This document shows, one piece after another, positions 18,335-26,846 of a DNA stretch of 32,000 nt. Each line of letters opens with the position of its first letter. Within the stretch, counting starts at the first letter, position 1. Source of the DNA: Nostoc sp. PCC 7120 = FACHB-418 (GTDB lineage: Bacteria; Cyanobacteriota; Cyanobacteriia; Cyanobacteriales; Nostocaceae); NCBI RefSeq assembly GCF_000009705.1, contig NC_003272.1, positions 1,200,001 through 1,232,000 on the forward strand, read 5' to 3'. The position numbers and the translations under genes were made by a program. Below the pieces are notes generated by a model. That model worked only from the letters and a program-made list of their open reading frames with translations. It had not been told where the DNA came from and searched no databases.

Positions 18335-19457
18335 GGGTGAGTTCCTCCTTTTTCCCTAAGATACCTTGAGGCCGCCAAATCATCAGCACCATCAAAATTA
18401 AACCAATACACATGATGCGGAATGCACCCAGACGCGCCTCATCAAGGGGAATAATTTTCGGTAAAACTTCACGAGTAATGGCATCGTAAGCGAAGTAAAT
18501 TACAGCACCTAAAATTGAGCCGATATTATTACCAGCGCCCCCTAAAATTACCATAATCCAAGAGTCAAAAGTTAGCTGTGGCTGGAAATTATCAGGATAA
18601 ATGGCGCTGATTTGCCAAGCAAAGAAGGCCCCGGCAATACCAGCGATCGCACCCCCCAACATGAGAGACTGGAGCTTATACCAAAAGACATTTTTACCCA
18701 TTGCTTTAGGTATTTCTTCGTCTTCGCGGATAGCTTTTAACACACGACCCCAAGGCGATCGCACTAAATATTCCAACCGCCAAAATACAAACGCCAATAC
18801 CAACAGCGAAACCAGCATTAAACCGGCTTTCGGGATGTAGTTATAAAGTGTAATGACACCAGAAATATAAATGGCTGTTGCCAGTAACCCTAAAATAATT
18901 CCCACACCGAAACGGGAAGCAATTTCTTGCTTGCTACTTGTTTTATCAGTCGCATCAGTAAGCTGTAATTTCTGCGCGTTCCGAATCCAGCGCCATAAGG
19001 AAAATACAGTCACAGCAAACAGCAGCGTTAAAATTCCAATCATCAACAGGCGGAAAAACAAATTTGGCTCTGTGGATAAAGGGATAGGATAACTCTGGAC
19101 ACCAAACGCTCCAGATACCCAGGTATCACCTACAGGTAAATCTTGGTTATTCACCACCAAGCGAATCAATTCTCCCGTCCCAATGGTGACAATGGCTAGA
19201 TAATCTTCCCGCAGACGCAAAGTAGCAAAACCAATCACCAATCCCAACAAAGCGGCGAAAATTGCTCCAACAATAGCTGAGATAAATAACGGCACACCCT
19301 TAAGGCTTAACAATACGGTAGTGTAAGCCCCCAAAGTCATAAAAGCGATATGACCAAAATTAATTAACCCCGTAAAACCCCACTGTAAATTCAGTCCCAA
19401 GCTAAACAGGGCAAATGTGGCGGTAGAAATTGCTAAAAAAATTAAATATTCAATCAT
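18324..19457 (-). CDS. natC: Branched-chain/neutral amino-acid ABC transporter permease (LivM-like, probably NatC)
   Basis: 377 aa, polytopic membrane protein with the LivM-type N-terminus (GLNLQWGFTGLINFGHIAFMTLGAYT). Confidence 0.8.
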   Translation of the reverse strand: MIEYLIFLAISTATFALFSLGLNLQWGFTGLINFGHIAFMTLGAYTTVLLSLKGVPLFISAIVGAIFAALLGLVIGFATLRLREDYLAIVTIGTGELIRLVVNNQDLPVGDTWVSGAFGVQSYPIPLSTEPNLFFRLLMIGILTLLFAVTVFSLWRWIRNAQKLQLTDATDKTSSKQEIASRFGVGIILGLLATAIYISGVITLYNYIPKAGLMLVSLLVLAFVFWRLEYLVRSPWGRVLKAIREDEEIPKAMGKNVFWYKLQSLMLGGAIAGIAGAFFAWQISAIYPDNFQPQLTFDSWIMVILGGAGNNIGSILGAVIYFAYDAITREVLPKIIPLDEARLGAFRIMCIGLILMVLMIWRPQGILGKKEELTLGK

Positions 19458-19550
19458 TAGTCATTGGTCAATAGTCATTGGTCAGTAGTCAATAGTCCAT
19501 AGTCATTCTTGTTTACTCCCCCTACTCCCTGCCCCCTTGCCCCCCTACCT
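19458..19550. repeat. STRR2-type array (TAGTCAT/TGGTCAA units) followed by a C-rich array
   Basis: The stretch 19458..19507 (tagtcattggtcaatagtcattggtcagtagtcaatagtccatagtcatt) starts at the base next to the natC start codon. The stretch 19516..19550 reads ctccccctactccctgcccccttgcccccctacct. Confidence 0.85.
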
Positions 19551-19656
19551 CTTCACAGTTCCCGACATTCTATCTCGACGCGACTGACTTATTGCCGTTC
19601 GCCCTGGGTCATTTTTGGGAACAATACCTTAGTGTTTTGGGTAATGCCAAAAATGT

Positions 19657-19854
19657 ATGAACTTACTGAGAATTAGAATCCATCACTTAATTGAGCAGTT
19701 AAGCGATGAAGAACTGGAAAACGTTTGGCTGGATATGCACGCTTTGCATTGTGACTTTTATATGTTAAAGGCCATACAACAAGTTAAGCGATCGCAGCAA
19801 CCGTGGGATATCTTAACTCAGGAAGAAGCAATACGGATGTTGATGTTTGTTTAG
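19657..19854 (+). CDS. Putative antitoxin-like small protein
   Basis: 65 aa, acidic and helical (LIEQLSDEELENVWLDMHAL...). It lies directly upstream of a RelE/ParE-like ORF on the same strand. The assignment is by context only. Confidence 0.45.
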   Translation: MNLLRIRIHHLIEQLSDEELENVWLDMHALHCDFYMLKAIQQVKRSQQPWDILTQEEAIRMLMFV

Positions 19855-19855
19855 C

Positions 19856-19962
19856 GGGGACTGGGGAGTGGGTACTGGGGAGTGGGTACTGGGGAGTGGG
19901 GATGAAATTTACCCTCTGCTCTCCCTGCCTTCCCTGCTCCCCCTACCTCCCCTGCCTCCCCC
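19856..19962. repeat. Composite STRR element, inverted copy of the 13008..13186 architecture
   Basis: A (GGGGAGT/GGGTACT) array, the core GGGGATGAAATTTACCC at 19898..19914 (exact reverse complement of 13097..13113), then a C-rich CCCTGCT-type array. Confidence 0.85.
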
Positions 19963-19995
19963 ATCTCTCTCAAGGTGACTTCAGTGAGTCTGGAA

Positions 19996-20241
19996 ATGCG
20001 TTACGCCAGGTCGTTTTTAGTAGACCTGAAAAGTTTAGAGCCTGCTGCCTATCAGCGAGTTTATGATTTTATTTTTTCTGATTTTGCCCAAAAGTTGTCC
20101 TTGCATGGACTTCCAGAATTGCGACAACTGGATGATGAAGGTATATTTCATCGGTTTACGATAGATAATTATTTAGTTGGTATAGAAATTAGGGGTGAAA
20201 TTGTAAAATTTCTCCGGGTCATACCTATGCCGGATGTTTGA
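19996..20241 (+). CDS. RelE/ParE-family toxin-like protein
   Basis: MRYARSFLVDLKSLEPAAYQRVYDFIF ... GLPELRQLDDEGIFHRFTIDNYLVGIEIRGEIVKFLRVIP fits the RelE/ParE pattern (F..DLK.L, then YR.R.G.YR..Y.I.G..I....V). ATG at 19996 is preferred over the GTG at 19975, which lies at the edge of the repeat. Confidence 0.5.
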   Translation: MRYARSFLVDLKSLEPAAYQRVYDFIFSDFAQKLSLHGLPELRQLDDEGIFHRFTIDNYLVGIEIRGEIVKFLRVIPMPDV

Positions 20242-20345
20242 GGTGAAGAAATTTTCAACACTTAAAACTGTATAAGACTAAGCAGGGATGGCTCTAACCT
20301 TACATTACACTTGTTTTTGAAGGACACTTTACTAGAGATTTCCCT

Positions 20346-21932
20346 ATGGATGCGAAGGCACTTTGGCAACGATACCAAGAATGGTTATATTTCCACGAGG
20401 GATTAGGACTGTATCTAGATGTCAGTCGGATGCGTTTTGATGATGCCTTCGTGAAGTCGTTGCTGCCGAAATTTGACAAAGCATTTGCGGATATGGCGGA
20501 ATTAGAAAAGGGTGCGATCGCCAATCCTGATGAGAACCGCATGGTGGGACACTATTGGCTGCGGAACCCAGACTTAGCGCCTACACCAGAAATTGCACAA
20601 GAAATTGTTCAAACCCTGGAACAAATTGAAGCTTTTGCGGAAAAAATCCAAACAGGTGCTATTCATCCTCCCAAAGCCAACCGCTTCACAGATATTATTT
20701 CCATTGGGATTGGTGGTTCGGCCCTGGGCCCCCAGTTTGTCGCTGAAGCCCTCGCCCCTGAATTTCCCCCTCTGAAAATTCACTTTATCGACAATACCGA
20801 CCCCGCCGGCATTGACAGGATTCTCACACACCTGCGGAATCATCTTGCCAGCACCTTGGTTTTGGTCATCTCCAAATCTGGAGGTACACCAGAACCTCGC
20901 AACGGCATGATTGAAGTCAAAAAAGCCTACGCCGGACAAAATTTAGATTTTGCTCAGTATGCAGTAGCTATTACTAGTACTGGTAGCAACCTAGACAAAG
21001 TAGCTCAATCTGAAGGCTGGCTAGCAACATTTCCCATGTATGATTGGGTGGGTGGACGTACCTCGGAAATGTCCTCTGTAGGGCTAGTTCCTGCGGCATT
21101 ACAGGGCATTGATGTCCGTGCCATGCTAGAAGGTGCAAAAGAAATGGATGACGCTACTCGCGTCCCAGAAGTGAAAAATAACCCTGCGGCTTTACTGGCT
21201 TTGTCTTGGTACTACTCTGGTAACGGCAAGGGTGAAAAAGACATGGTTGTTTTACCCTATAAGGACAGCTTGCTGTTATTTAGCCGTTATTTGCAACAGC
21301 TAGTCATGGAATCTTTGGGTAAAGAAAAAGATTTAGACGGTAATACTGTTTATCAGGGTATCGCCGTTTATGGTAACAAAGGCTCAACAGACCAACACGC
21401 TTACGTCCAGCAGTTACGCGAAGGCGTACCAAATTTCTTTGCTACCTTAATCGAAGTTTTGGAAGACCGTCATGGCGCATCTCCAGAAATAGACCCCGGT
21501 GTCACATCTGGTGATTATCTGTCTGGTTTTCTGCTAGGAACCCGCCAAGCTTTGTATGAAAATCAGCGCGATTCCATTACAGTGACGATTCCCCAAGTTA
21601 ACGCCCGTACTGTTGGGGCCTTAGTTGCTTTGTATGAGCGTACTGTTGGTTTATATGCGAGTTTGGTCAACATTAACGCTTACCATCAACCAGGTGTAGA
21701 AGCTGGTAAAAAAGCTGCTGCTGTCATTCTGGATCTACAAACAAAAGTAGTAGGATTACTCCAAAAGGAAAAAACCGCCCTTTCTTTAGAGCAAATTGCT
21801 GAGAAAATAGGTGCAGCCGACCAAGTTGAAGCAATTTACAAGATTTTACGCCACCTTCAAGCAAATCAACGCGGTGTTGTATTCCAGGGAAATTTGGGAC
21901 AACCAAGCAGCTTGAAAATTTCCCTTAGCTGA
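20346..21932 (+). CDS. pgi: Glucose-6-phosphate isomerase
   Basis: 528 aa. PGI signatures are present ([49 protein letters not shown]). Confidence 0.95.
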   Translation: MDAKALWQRYQEWLYFHEGLGLYLDVSRMRFDDAFVKSLLPKFDKAFADMAELEKGAIANPDENRMVGHYWLRNPDLAPTPEIAQEIVQTLEQIEAFAEKIQTGAIHPPKANRFTDIISIGIGGSALGPQFVAEALAPEFPPLKIHFIDNTDPAGIDRILTHLRNHLASTLVLVISKSGGTPEPRNGMIEVKKAYAGQNLDFAQYAVAITSTGSNLDKVAQSEGWLATFPMYDWVGGRTSEMSSVGLVPAALQGIDVRAMLEGAKEMDDATRVPEVKNNPAALLALSWYYSGNGKGEKDMVVLPYKDSLLLFSRYLQQLVMESLGKEKDLDGNTVYQGIAVYGNKGSTDQHAYVQQLREGVPNFFATLIEVLEDRHGASPEIDPGVTSGDYLSGFLLGTRQALYENQRDSITVTIPQVNARTVGALVALYERTVGLYASLVNINAYHQPGVEAGKKAAAVILDLQTKVVGLLQKEKTALSLEQIAEKIGAADQVEAIYKILRHLQANQRGVVFQGNLGQPSSLKISLS

Positions 21933-21951
21933 TAATTCTTACTGAAATTCT

Positions 21952-21967
21952 CAACCCTTTCGGGTTG
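21952..21967 (+). terminator. Short hairpin after pgi (CAACCC tttc GGGTTG)
   Basis: 6-bp GC-rich stem 20 nt after the pgi stop, followed by GGGATTTGG. The U-tract is weak. Confidence 0.35.
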
Positions 21968-22016
21968 GGGATTTGGTACAGCTAATGCGCGCCTAAATTG
22001 CATAATTATTAATAAA

Positions 22017-22044
22017 GGCTGTTAACTGTTGACAGTCAACAGCC
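22017..22044. terminator. Hairpin GGCTGTTAACTG ttga CAGTCAACAGCC in the pgi/glpQ convergent spacer
   Basis: 12-bp stem with one mismatch. On the minus strand it is followed by TTTATTAATAATT. Confidence 0.4.
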
Positions 22045-22152
22045 CTCACTATAGATTGTGCAACTTAAAAGCAGAATAGCTGAATGCGACGTAAGTTCGA
22101 TGACTGGAAAAAACCCCTCTCCATAGGTACGCCTTTGTTGGAGACTCACGTT

Positions 22153-22192
22153 AAAAAATAAGGAATAAAGGGCTTACTACAAGCTCTTTATT
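22153..22192 (-). terminator. Rho-independent terminator candidate for glpQ
   Basis: Minus-strand hairpin AATAAAGAGC ... GCCCTTTATT (one mismatch), 12 nt after the stop, followed by CCTTATTTTTT. Confidence 0.6.
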
Positions 22193-22203
22193 CATCGTTT
22201 AAC

Positions 22204-23373
22204 TTACTTACGACGGCGAAATAACCATCCTAAAAGTGGCACAAAACCTAATCCAAAGATTGTACCGGGTTCGGGAACTAAGGTAGAGCGCACAGCAAAA
22301 GCTGTGTCTGGATTATCGCTAAATAAACCATCTATACCTGTTTGATAAAATCGCTTATACTCTTCTTGGGGATTTCCTTGTAAGTTCGTTGGTAAGAAAA
22401 CATCTTCATTGCGAAAAGTCCAAGCGTGGACAATTAAGCCGGCTGCGTGAGCATCATCAACTAAGGTTGTGGGCGACAATAAATTACCTCGACCATCTCT
22501 AGGAATAATTAAGTTTTTATTGGCTCCTATTCCATTAGCATAGGTAGCAATTTCTGCTAAACCTAAAGGTGTAATTAAATCCCTGTAAAGGCGAGAATCT
22601 CCATTAACTACAAAATCATAAGGTCTTCCACTGGGACTAATTAGTTGCACCAAAGAGACATTAGTTAATCGGTTGAGGTCTTTTAAATTGCTAACTTCAA
22701 ATGATTGAATGTAAACTGGCGCACTTTCATCAACATATCCATTGGCATTTAAAACGCTCACCAAAATTTCTTCCATTGATAAACCAATGGAATCAAAATA
22801 AGTCGGGTGCTTAGTTTCAGGATAAATACCAATAGTCCGTCCCAAGGCTGCGCTTTGTGCTTTGGCTAAATCGATGACTTCTTGCAAAGTAGGAATTTCA
22901 AATTGTCTGTCATATTGAGTATTCTGGGGACGGATACCAGGAATTCTCTCTATGGCGCGGAGAGTTTTTAATTCAGCTAGGGTAAAGTCTTCGGTAAACC
23001 AGCCTGTAATGGAGCGTCCATCGATGACTTTAGTGGTTTTGCGGTCTGCAAACTGTAGACGCTCAAAAACATCTGTGCTGGTATCTGTGAGATTGAGCGT
23101 ACCATCAGCGTTCAAGATTGCTAAAGCGTTTTCGTGACGGGCGACTAAAACACCATCTTTAGTAGCAACTAAATCAGGTTCAATATAGTCAGCACCCATT
23201 TGAATAGCTAGTTCATAAGCTGCTAAGGTGTGTTCTGGACGATAACCGCTAGCTCCCCGGTGTCCAATAACAATAGGAGGTTGACCCGTTAAGGTTCCTG
23301 CTAGGACTTGTTCTGTTGGCATAACTGTTAGTGTAGCCATTCCTAGCAAAAATGCTCCAAAGAAATGTCGCAT
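22204..23373 (-). CDS. glpQ: Glycerophosphodiester phosphodiesterase with signal peptide and C-terminal PEP-CTERM sorting signal
   Basis: GDPD motifs are present (VIGHRGASGYRPEHT, YIEPDLV). The N-terminal signal peptide is MRHFFGAFLLGMATLTVMP. The C-terminus reads VPEPGTIFGLGFVPLLGWLFRRRK: a PEP motif, a TM helix, then a basic cluster. Confidence 0.85.
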   Translation of the reverse strand: MRHFFGAFLLGMATLTVMPTEQVLAGTLTGQPPIVIGHRGASGYRPEHTLAAYELAIQMGADYIEPDLVATKDGVLVARHENALAILNADGTLNLTDTSTDVFERLQFADRKTTKVIDGRSITGWFTEDFTLAELKTLRAIERIPGIRPQNTQYDRQFEIPTLQEVIDLAKAQSAALGRTIGIYPETKHPTYFDSIGLSMEEILVSVLNANGYVDESAPVYIQSFEVSNLKDLNRLTNVSLVQLISPSGRPYDFVVNGDSRLYRDLITPLGLAEIATYANGIGANKNLIIPRDGRGNLLSPTTLVDDAHAAGLIVHAWTFRNEDVFLPTNLQGNPQEEYKRFYQTGIDGLFSDNPDTAFAVRSTLVPEPGTIFGLGFVPLLGWLFRRRK

Positions 23374-23495
23374 GATTTCTCCTCACAAGTATTTGGTTAC
23401 AAAAAATTGCTGAAAATAACTCAAGCGCTGTGGGTTGGGACTTTGAGCTACTGAAGTTTTTTCTGTGAAAACACTTGTATTAAGGTAGGAACCAA

Positions 23496-23525
23496 GCATT
23501 AAAGCCTAGTTAAACACTGATTATG
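23496..23525 (-). promoter_or_regulatory. Pho-box-like triple direct repeat upstream of glpQ
   Basis: The minus strand reads CATAATCA gtg TTTAACTA ggc TTTAATGC. These are three 8-bp units with 3-bp spacers (11-bp phasing), scoring 7/8, 8/8 and 6/8 against PyTTAAPyPy(T/A). The site lies 123-152 nt upstream of the glpQ ATG. Confidence 0.45.
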
Positions 23526-23854
23526 TCTGTCTTAAGGTTCTCCATGAAATCTCAATGAGGACTTCCGTCTCTGGTGGGGCGGAGCATCGTTGCTGCTATT
23601 ATTCTCAACAGAAGTAGCTCAGGATGGTAATCCCGTTACAAATGGGAGTATAGTATGATGCTATTTTATGGAAAAATTTATGAAAAATTAAATTATTTTC
23701 GACTCAGCAATAGAGATTAATATTCTCCAATTGGAATTTGGCATTAAAATTAAACGGACTACAAAAATCTATTAATAAATTAGTAACAATATTGACCGTA
23801 CTCAAGTAGTCTCACTGCGAGATAGTAAACATTAACTCATACTAGGAGAAGACA

Positions 23855-24733
23855 GTGAACCTATTAAATGAGGCTCAAGAACAACAACTTAAGGAAATAA
23901 GTAAATATTTATTACAGGTAAGACAAGAGAAAGGTATACGTATAGAAGAAGTAGCTGCTAAAACAAATATTAGACTATATTTCTTACAATGCTTAGATGC
24001 AGGCAAGTTTGCTGAACTACCTGAGCCTGTTTACATCCAAGGATTTATCCGTCGCTATGCAGATATATTGGGTTTGGATGGACAGGCCTTGGCGAAAACT
24101 TTTAGTGTCAGTGGTGAATCTGCAATTCAAGAATCCCATCGTCATGAAGAGGAACAGATAAAACAAAGACCAAAACTTCGTATTCCTTTGTTTGTCCCTT
24201 ACGTTTTATTGCTAGCAGTTGCGGCGGTTGGACTGATTTATGTACTCAATCCCAAACTAATCACTCAATCTTTGGCAAATAAACAAGACTCAGAAACGAC
24301 TACCCCAAAACAAGCCAACCCTTCACCCCTGACAGTTGCACCCCAGGCTCAAACACCAGACTTACCAGAATCAATAGTTTCAGACTCGGAAAATTCTTCA
24401 ACATCGTCTACAACAGCAGATGTGGGCGATAGTTCTACGACCACACCATCAGCCACACTTGGTAATGAAAATAATGCTAATTCAGCCGTTGCAGTGACAT
24501 TAGAACTGCAAGGTAATTCATGGTTACAAGTGACAGCCGACGGTAAGACAGAGTTTGTTGGCGAATTAACCAAAGGCGATCGCCGAACCTGGACAGCAAA
24601 AAAACAGCTAACTGTACGTTCTGGTAATGCAGGTGCTGTACTAGTTTCCGTCAACGAGAAGCCAGCAGAACCTTTGGGCAGTAATGGTATTGTCAAAGAA
24701 GTAACATATACCCCGGAAGTGGTTAGTCAGTAA
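23855..24733 (+). CDS. RodZ-like protein (N-terminal HTH, TM segment, S/T/P-rich linker, C-terminal DUF4115-like domain)
   Basis: GTG start with GGAG 6 nt upstream. HTH (IRIEEVAAKTNIRLYFLQCLDAG), TM segment (IPLFVPYVLLLAVAAVGLIYVL), and a C-terminal domain (NSWLQVTADGKTEFVGELTKGDRRTWTAKKQLTVRSGNAGAVLVSVN). Confidence 0.7.
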   Translation: MNLLNEAQEQQLKEISKYLLQVRQEKGIRIEEVAAKTNIRLYFLQCLDAGKFAELPEPVYIQGFIRRYADILGLDGQALAKTFSVSGESAIQESHRHEEEQIKQRPKLRIPLFVPYVLLLAVAAVGLIYVLNPKLITQSLANKQDSETTTPKQANPSPLTVAPQAQTPDLPESIVSDSENSSTSSTTADVGDSSTTTPSATLGNENNANSAVAVTLELQGNSWLQVTADGKTEFVGELTKGDRRTWTAKKQLTVRSGNAGAVLVSVNEKPAEPLGSNGIVKEVTYTPEVVSQ

Positions 24734-24737
24734 TAAT

Positions 24738-24817
24738 GGGTAATGGGTAATGGGTCAATTGTCATTAGTTAGTGAATCGTAAAAAACTCAAGAACAACTG
24801 ACAACTGACAACTGACC
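24738..24817. repeat. STRR arrays in the rodZ-like/gatA convergent spacer: (GGGTAAT)3, an imperfect GGTCAATTGTCATTAGTTAGTG arm, spacer, (CAACTGA)3
   Basis: The stretch 24753..24774 matches the reverse complement of 24795..24817 at 17 of 22 positions, giving an imperfect long hairpin. Confidence 0.8.
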
Positions 24818-24826
24818 ACCGAAAAT

Positions 24827-26287
24827 TTAAGAAATTTTTGGCTGACTTAGATGCCAACTAGTAGACTGTTCATAAGCGTAAGCTATTTGTAGTAGTTGGT
24901 CTTCTCGCAGTACTTTGCCAATTAGTTGTAGTCCAATTGGTAATCCCTGCTCATCAAAACCACAGGGGACACTTAAACCCGGTAGACCAGCCAAGTTAAC
25001 AGGAATTGTCATCAAGTCGTTTAAGTACATACTGATGGGGTCAGCAGTTTTTTCTCCCGCTTTAAATGCTGTAGTGGGAGCAGTTGGGGATACTAACACA
25101 TCAACATTTTTAAAGGCATTTTCAAAGTCTTGCTTAATCAAAGTACGTACTTTTTGGGCTTTGAGATAATAAGCATCGTAATAGCCAGCCGAAAGAGCGT
25201 AAGTACCAATCATAATTCTTCGCTTGACTTCTGCACCGAAGCCAGTGGCACGGGTACGCTTATACATGGACAGTAAATTGTCTCCTTCCGGCGCACGCCA
25301 GCCATATTTTACGCCATCGTAGCGGGCTAGGTTGGCTGATGCTTCTGATGGAGCAATGATGTAATAGCTAGGTACGCCATAACGAAAGTTGGGACAGGAA
25401 ATTACATGAACTTCAGCCCCTAGACGTTGTAATTGTTCAATTGCTTTGGTAACGGCTTGTTCAACGACAGAGTCTAAACCTTCGCCAAAAGTTTCTTTGA
25501 TTATGCCAATTCTGAGTTTACTTCTGGCTTTGAGGTCTGGTTTTAAGCTGGCTACATAGTCAGGGATTTCGACTTTGAGACTTGTGGAATCTTGGTGATC
25601 GTAACCTGCGATCGCCTTTAATAATATCGCTGTATCTTCTACTGATTTTCCAAAGGGGCCAATTTGATCCAAAGATGAAGCGTAAGCCACCAAACCATAA
25701 CGGGAAACCAAACCATAGGTGGGTTTGAGTCCTACCACACCACAAAAAGAAGCTGGTTGACGAATGGAACCACCAGTATCCGAACCCAGGGCCACCACAC
25801 ATTCTTCCGCCGCCACAGCCGCAGCCGAACCACCAGAAGAACCGCCAGGAACTCTCGATAAATCCCAAGGATTCGCTGTCACTTGATAGGCAGAATTTTC
25901 CGTAGAACTGCCCATAGCAAATTCATCTAAATTGGTTTTACCAACCACTACAGCCCCTGCATCTAGCAGTTTTTGTGTCACAGTTGACTCATAAGGCGGC
26001 ACAAAATTTTCCAGAATCCGAGAAGCACAGGTGGTGGGGATGCCCTTGGTACACATATTGTCCTTAACGCCAATAGGAATCCCCGCCAGTAGCCCAATTT
26101 CCTCACCTGCTGCTATTTTGGCATCCACAGCACGAGCTTGTTCTAACGCCTGCTGTGCCGTGATGTGTAAGAAACTATGCAGTTTTGGCTCTAGCTCTTG
26201 AATATGGTCTAAAGTTTCTTGGGTAATTTCAACGGCAGAACGTTCTTTTTTAACTAGCTGTTCGTGCAACTCGCGGATGGATGCCAT
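24827..26287 (-). CDS. gatA: Glutamyl-tRNA(Gln)/aspartyl-tRNA(Asn) amidotransferase subunit A
   Basis: 486 aa. Contains the amidase signature ([29 protein letters not shown]) and the typical GatA N-terminus. Confidence 0.95.
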   Translation of the reverse strand: MASIRELHEQLVKKERSAVEITQETLDHIQELEPKLHSFLHITAQQALEQARAVDAKIAAGEEIGLLAGIPIGVKDNMCTKGIPTTCASRILENFVPPYESTVTQKLLDAGAVVVGKTNLDEFAMGSSTENSAYQVTANPWDLSRVPGGSSGGSAAAVAAEECVVALGSDTGGSIRQPASFCGVVGLKPTYGLVSRYGLVAYASSLDQIGPFGKSVEDTAILLKAIAGYDHQDSTSLKVEIPDYVASLKPDLKARSKLRIGIIKETFGEGLDSVVEQAVTKAIEQLQRLGAEVHVISCPNFRYGVPSYYIIAPSEASANLARYDGVKYGWRAPEGDNLLSMYKRTRATGFGAEVKRRIMIGTYALSAGYYDAYYLKAQKVRTLIKQDFENAFKNVDVLVSPTAPTTAFKAGEKTADPISMYLNDLMTIPVNLAGLPGLSVPCGFDEQGLPIGLQLIGKVLREDQLLQIAYAYEQSTSWHLSQPKIS

Positions 26288-26353
26288 GATTGCTCTCTTA
26301 GTGACTCAAGTCATTGATTTTAGTACATATTGTGCGGGATTGGTCAATGGTGA

Positions 26354-26380
26354 GTTGTCAGTTGCCAGTTGTCAGTTGCC
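26354..26380. repeat. (GTTGTCA/GTTGCCA)n array, the inverted complement of the CAACTGA arrays
   Basis: The sequence gttgtcagttgccagttgtcagttgcc lies 67 nt upstream of the gatA start. Arrays of the same unit occur at 24795..24817, 29882..29900 and 30067..30096. Confidence 0.8.
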
Positions 26381-26427
26381 AATAGAAGGAACGTTGTATA
26401 CAACATCTGTAAATTAATTACTCTCCT

Positions 26428-26482
26428 TGCTCCCTCCGAAGTTCCGATCGGAGGAAGCCTCCGCTCGGACTTCTCTCTGCTC
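26428..26482. repeat. 55-nt hairpin-containing dispersed element, copy A (small dispersed repeat / MITE-like)
   Basis: The sequence tgctccctccgaagttccgatcggaggaagcctccgctcggacttctctctgctc matches 31338..31392 at 51 of 55 positions. The core folds into a stem of about 16 bp at 26438..26473. Confidence 0.8.
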
Positions 26483-26738
26483 TCTTTACCCAATTCTTAA
26501 TTAAAGAAACAGCAAATAGGTGTGTAATAACTGTATTTTCAGTGTTTATTTAAAATTTAACAAAAAATAGCAAGAAATTGCTGAATAATTGGCTAATAAT
26601 TTTAGCTATTGTGGTGTAAGGGTATAGCAGTGTTCACTCGCCAATAAATTATATAAGATGGATTTTAGTAAAAGTTAAATTTTAGCTAAATATAGAAATT
26701 GATTTCTTAACTATAAAATTATTTCGAGGTATAAATAG

Positions 26739-26846
26739 ATGATTAAAATAGCAAGCCGTAAGTTTTTAGGTGTAGAAAATGTCTATGACATTGGGGTTAG
26801 ACGTGATCACAATTTTTTCATCAAAAATGGATTAATAGCTTCTAAT
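26739..26846 (+). other. Int-C half of the split DnaE intein (36 codons); the +1 Cys codon TGT is at 26847..26849
   Basis: Ends in the canonical ...IASN / CFN splice junction. Confidence 0.85.

Noticed and set aside
21933-22203. Search for tRNA, rRNA or other known RNA genes in the longer spacers: 9505-9657, 11121-11301, 21933-22203, 23374-23854, 26288-26738, 28092-28372, 28922-29285 and 29742-30129.
   Set aside because: I saw no cloverleaf-compatible sequence with a GTTCGAATC-type T-arm, no rRNA-like conserved blocks, and no riboswitch cores I can recognise by eye. A covariance-model scan (Infernal/Rfam, tRNAscan-SE) would be needed to be sure.
23627-23639. NtcA-like sites: GTAATCCCGTTAC here and GTAAATTAATTAC at 26409..26421.
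   Set aside because: Both have GTA-N7-TAC spacing rather than the GTA-N8-TAC required for NtcA. No properly spaced site was found in any spacer I scanned.
26322-26335. Third LexA-box-like sequence, AGTACATATTGTGC, 35 nt upstream of gatA.
   Set aside because: It has one mismatch to RGTACNNNDGTWCB (G instead of A/T at position 12) and is not palindromic. A housekeeping gatA promoter is an unlikely target. Kept only as a weak note.
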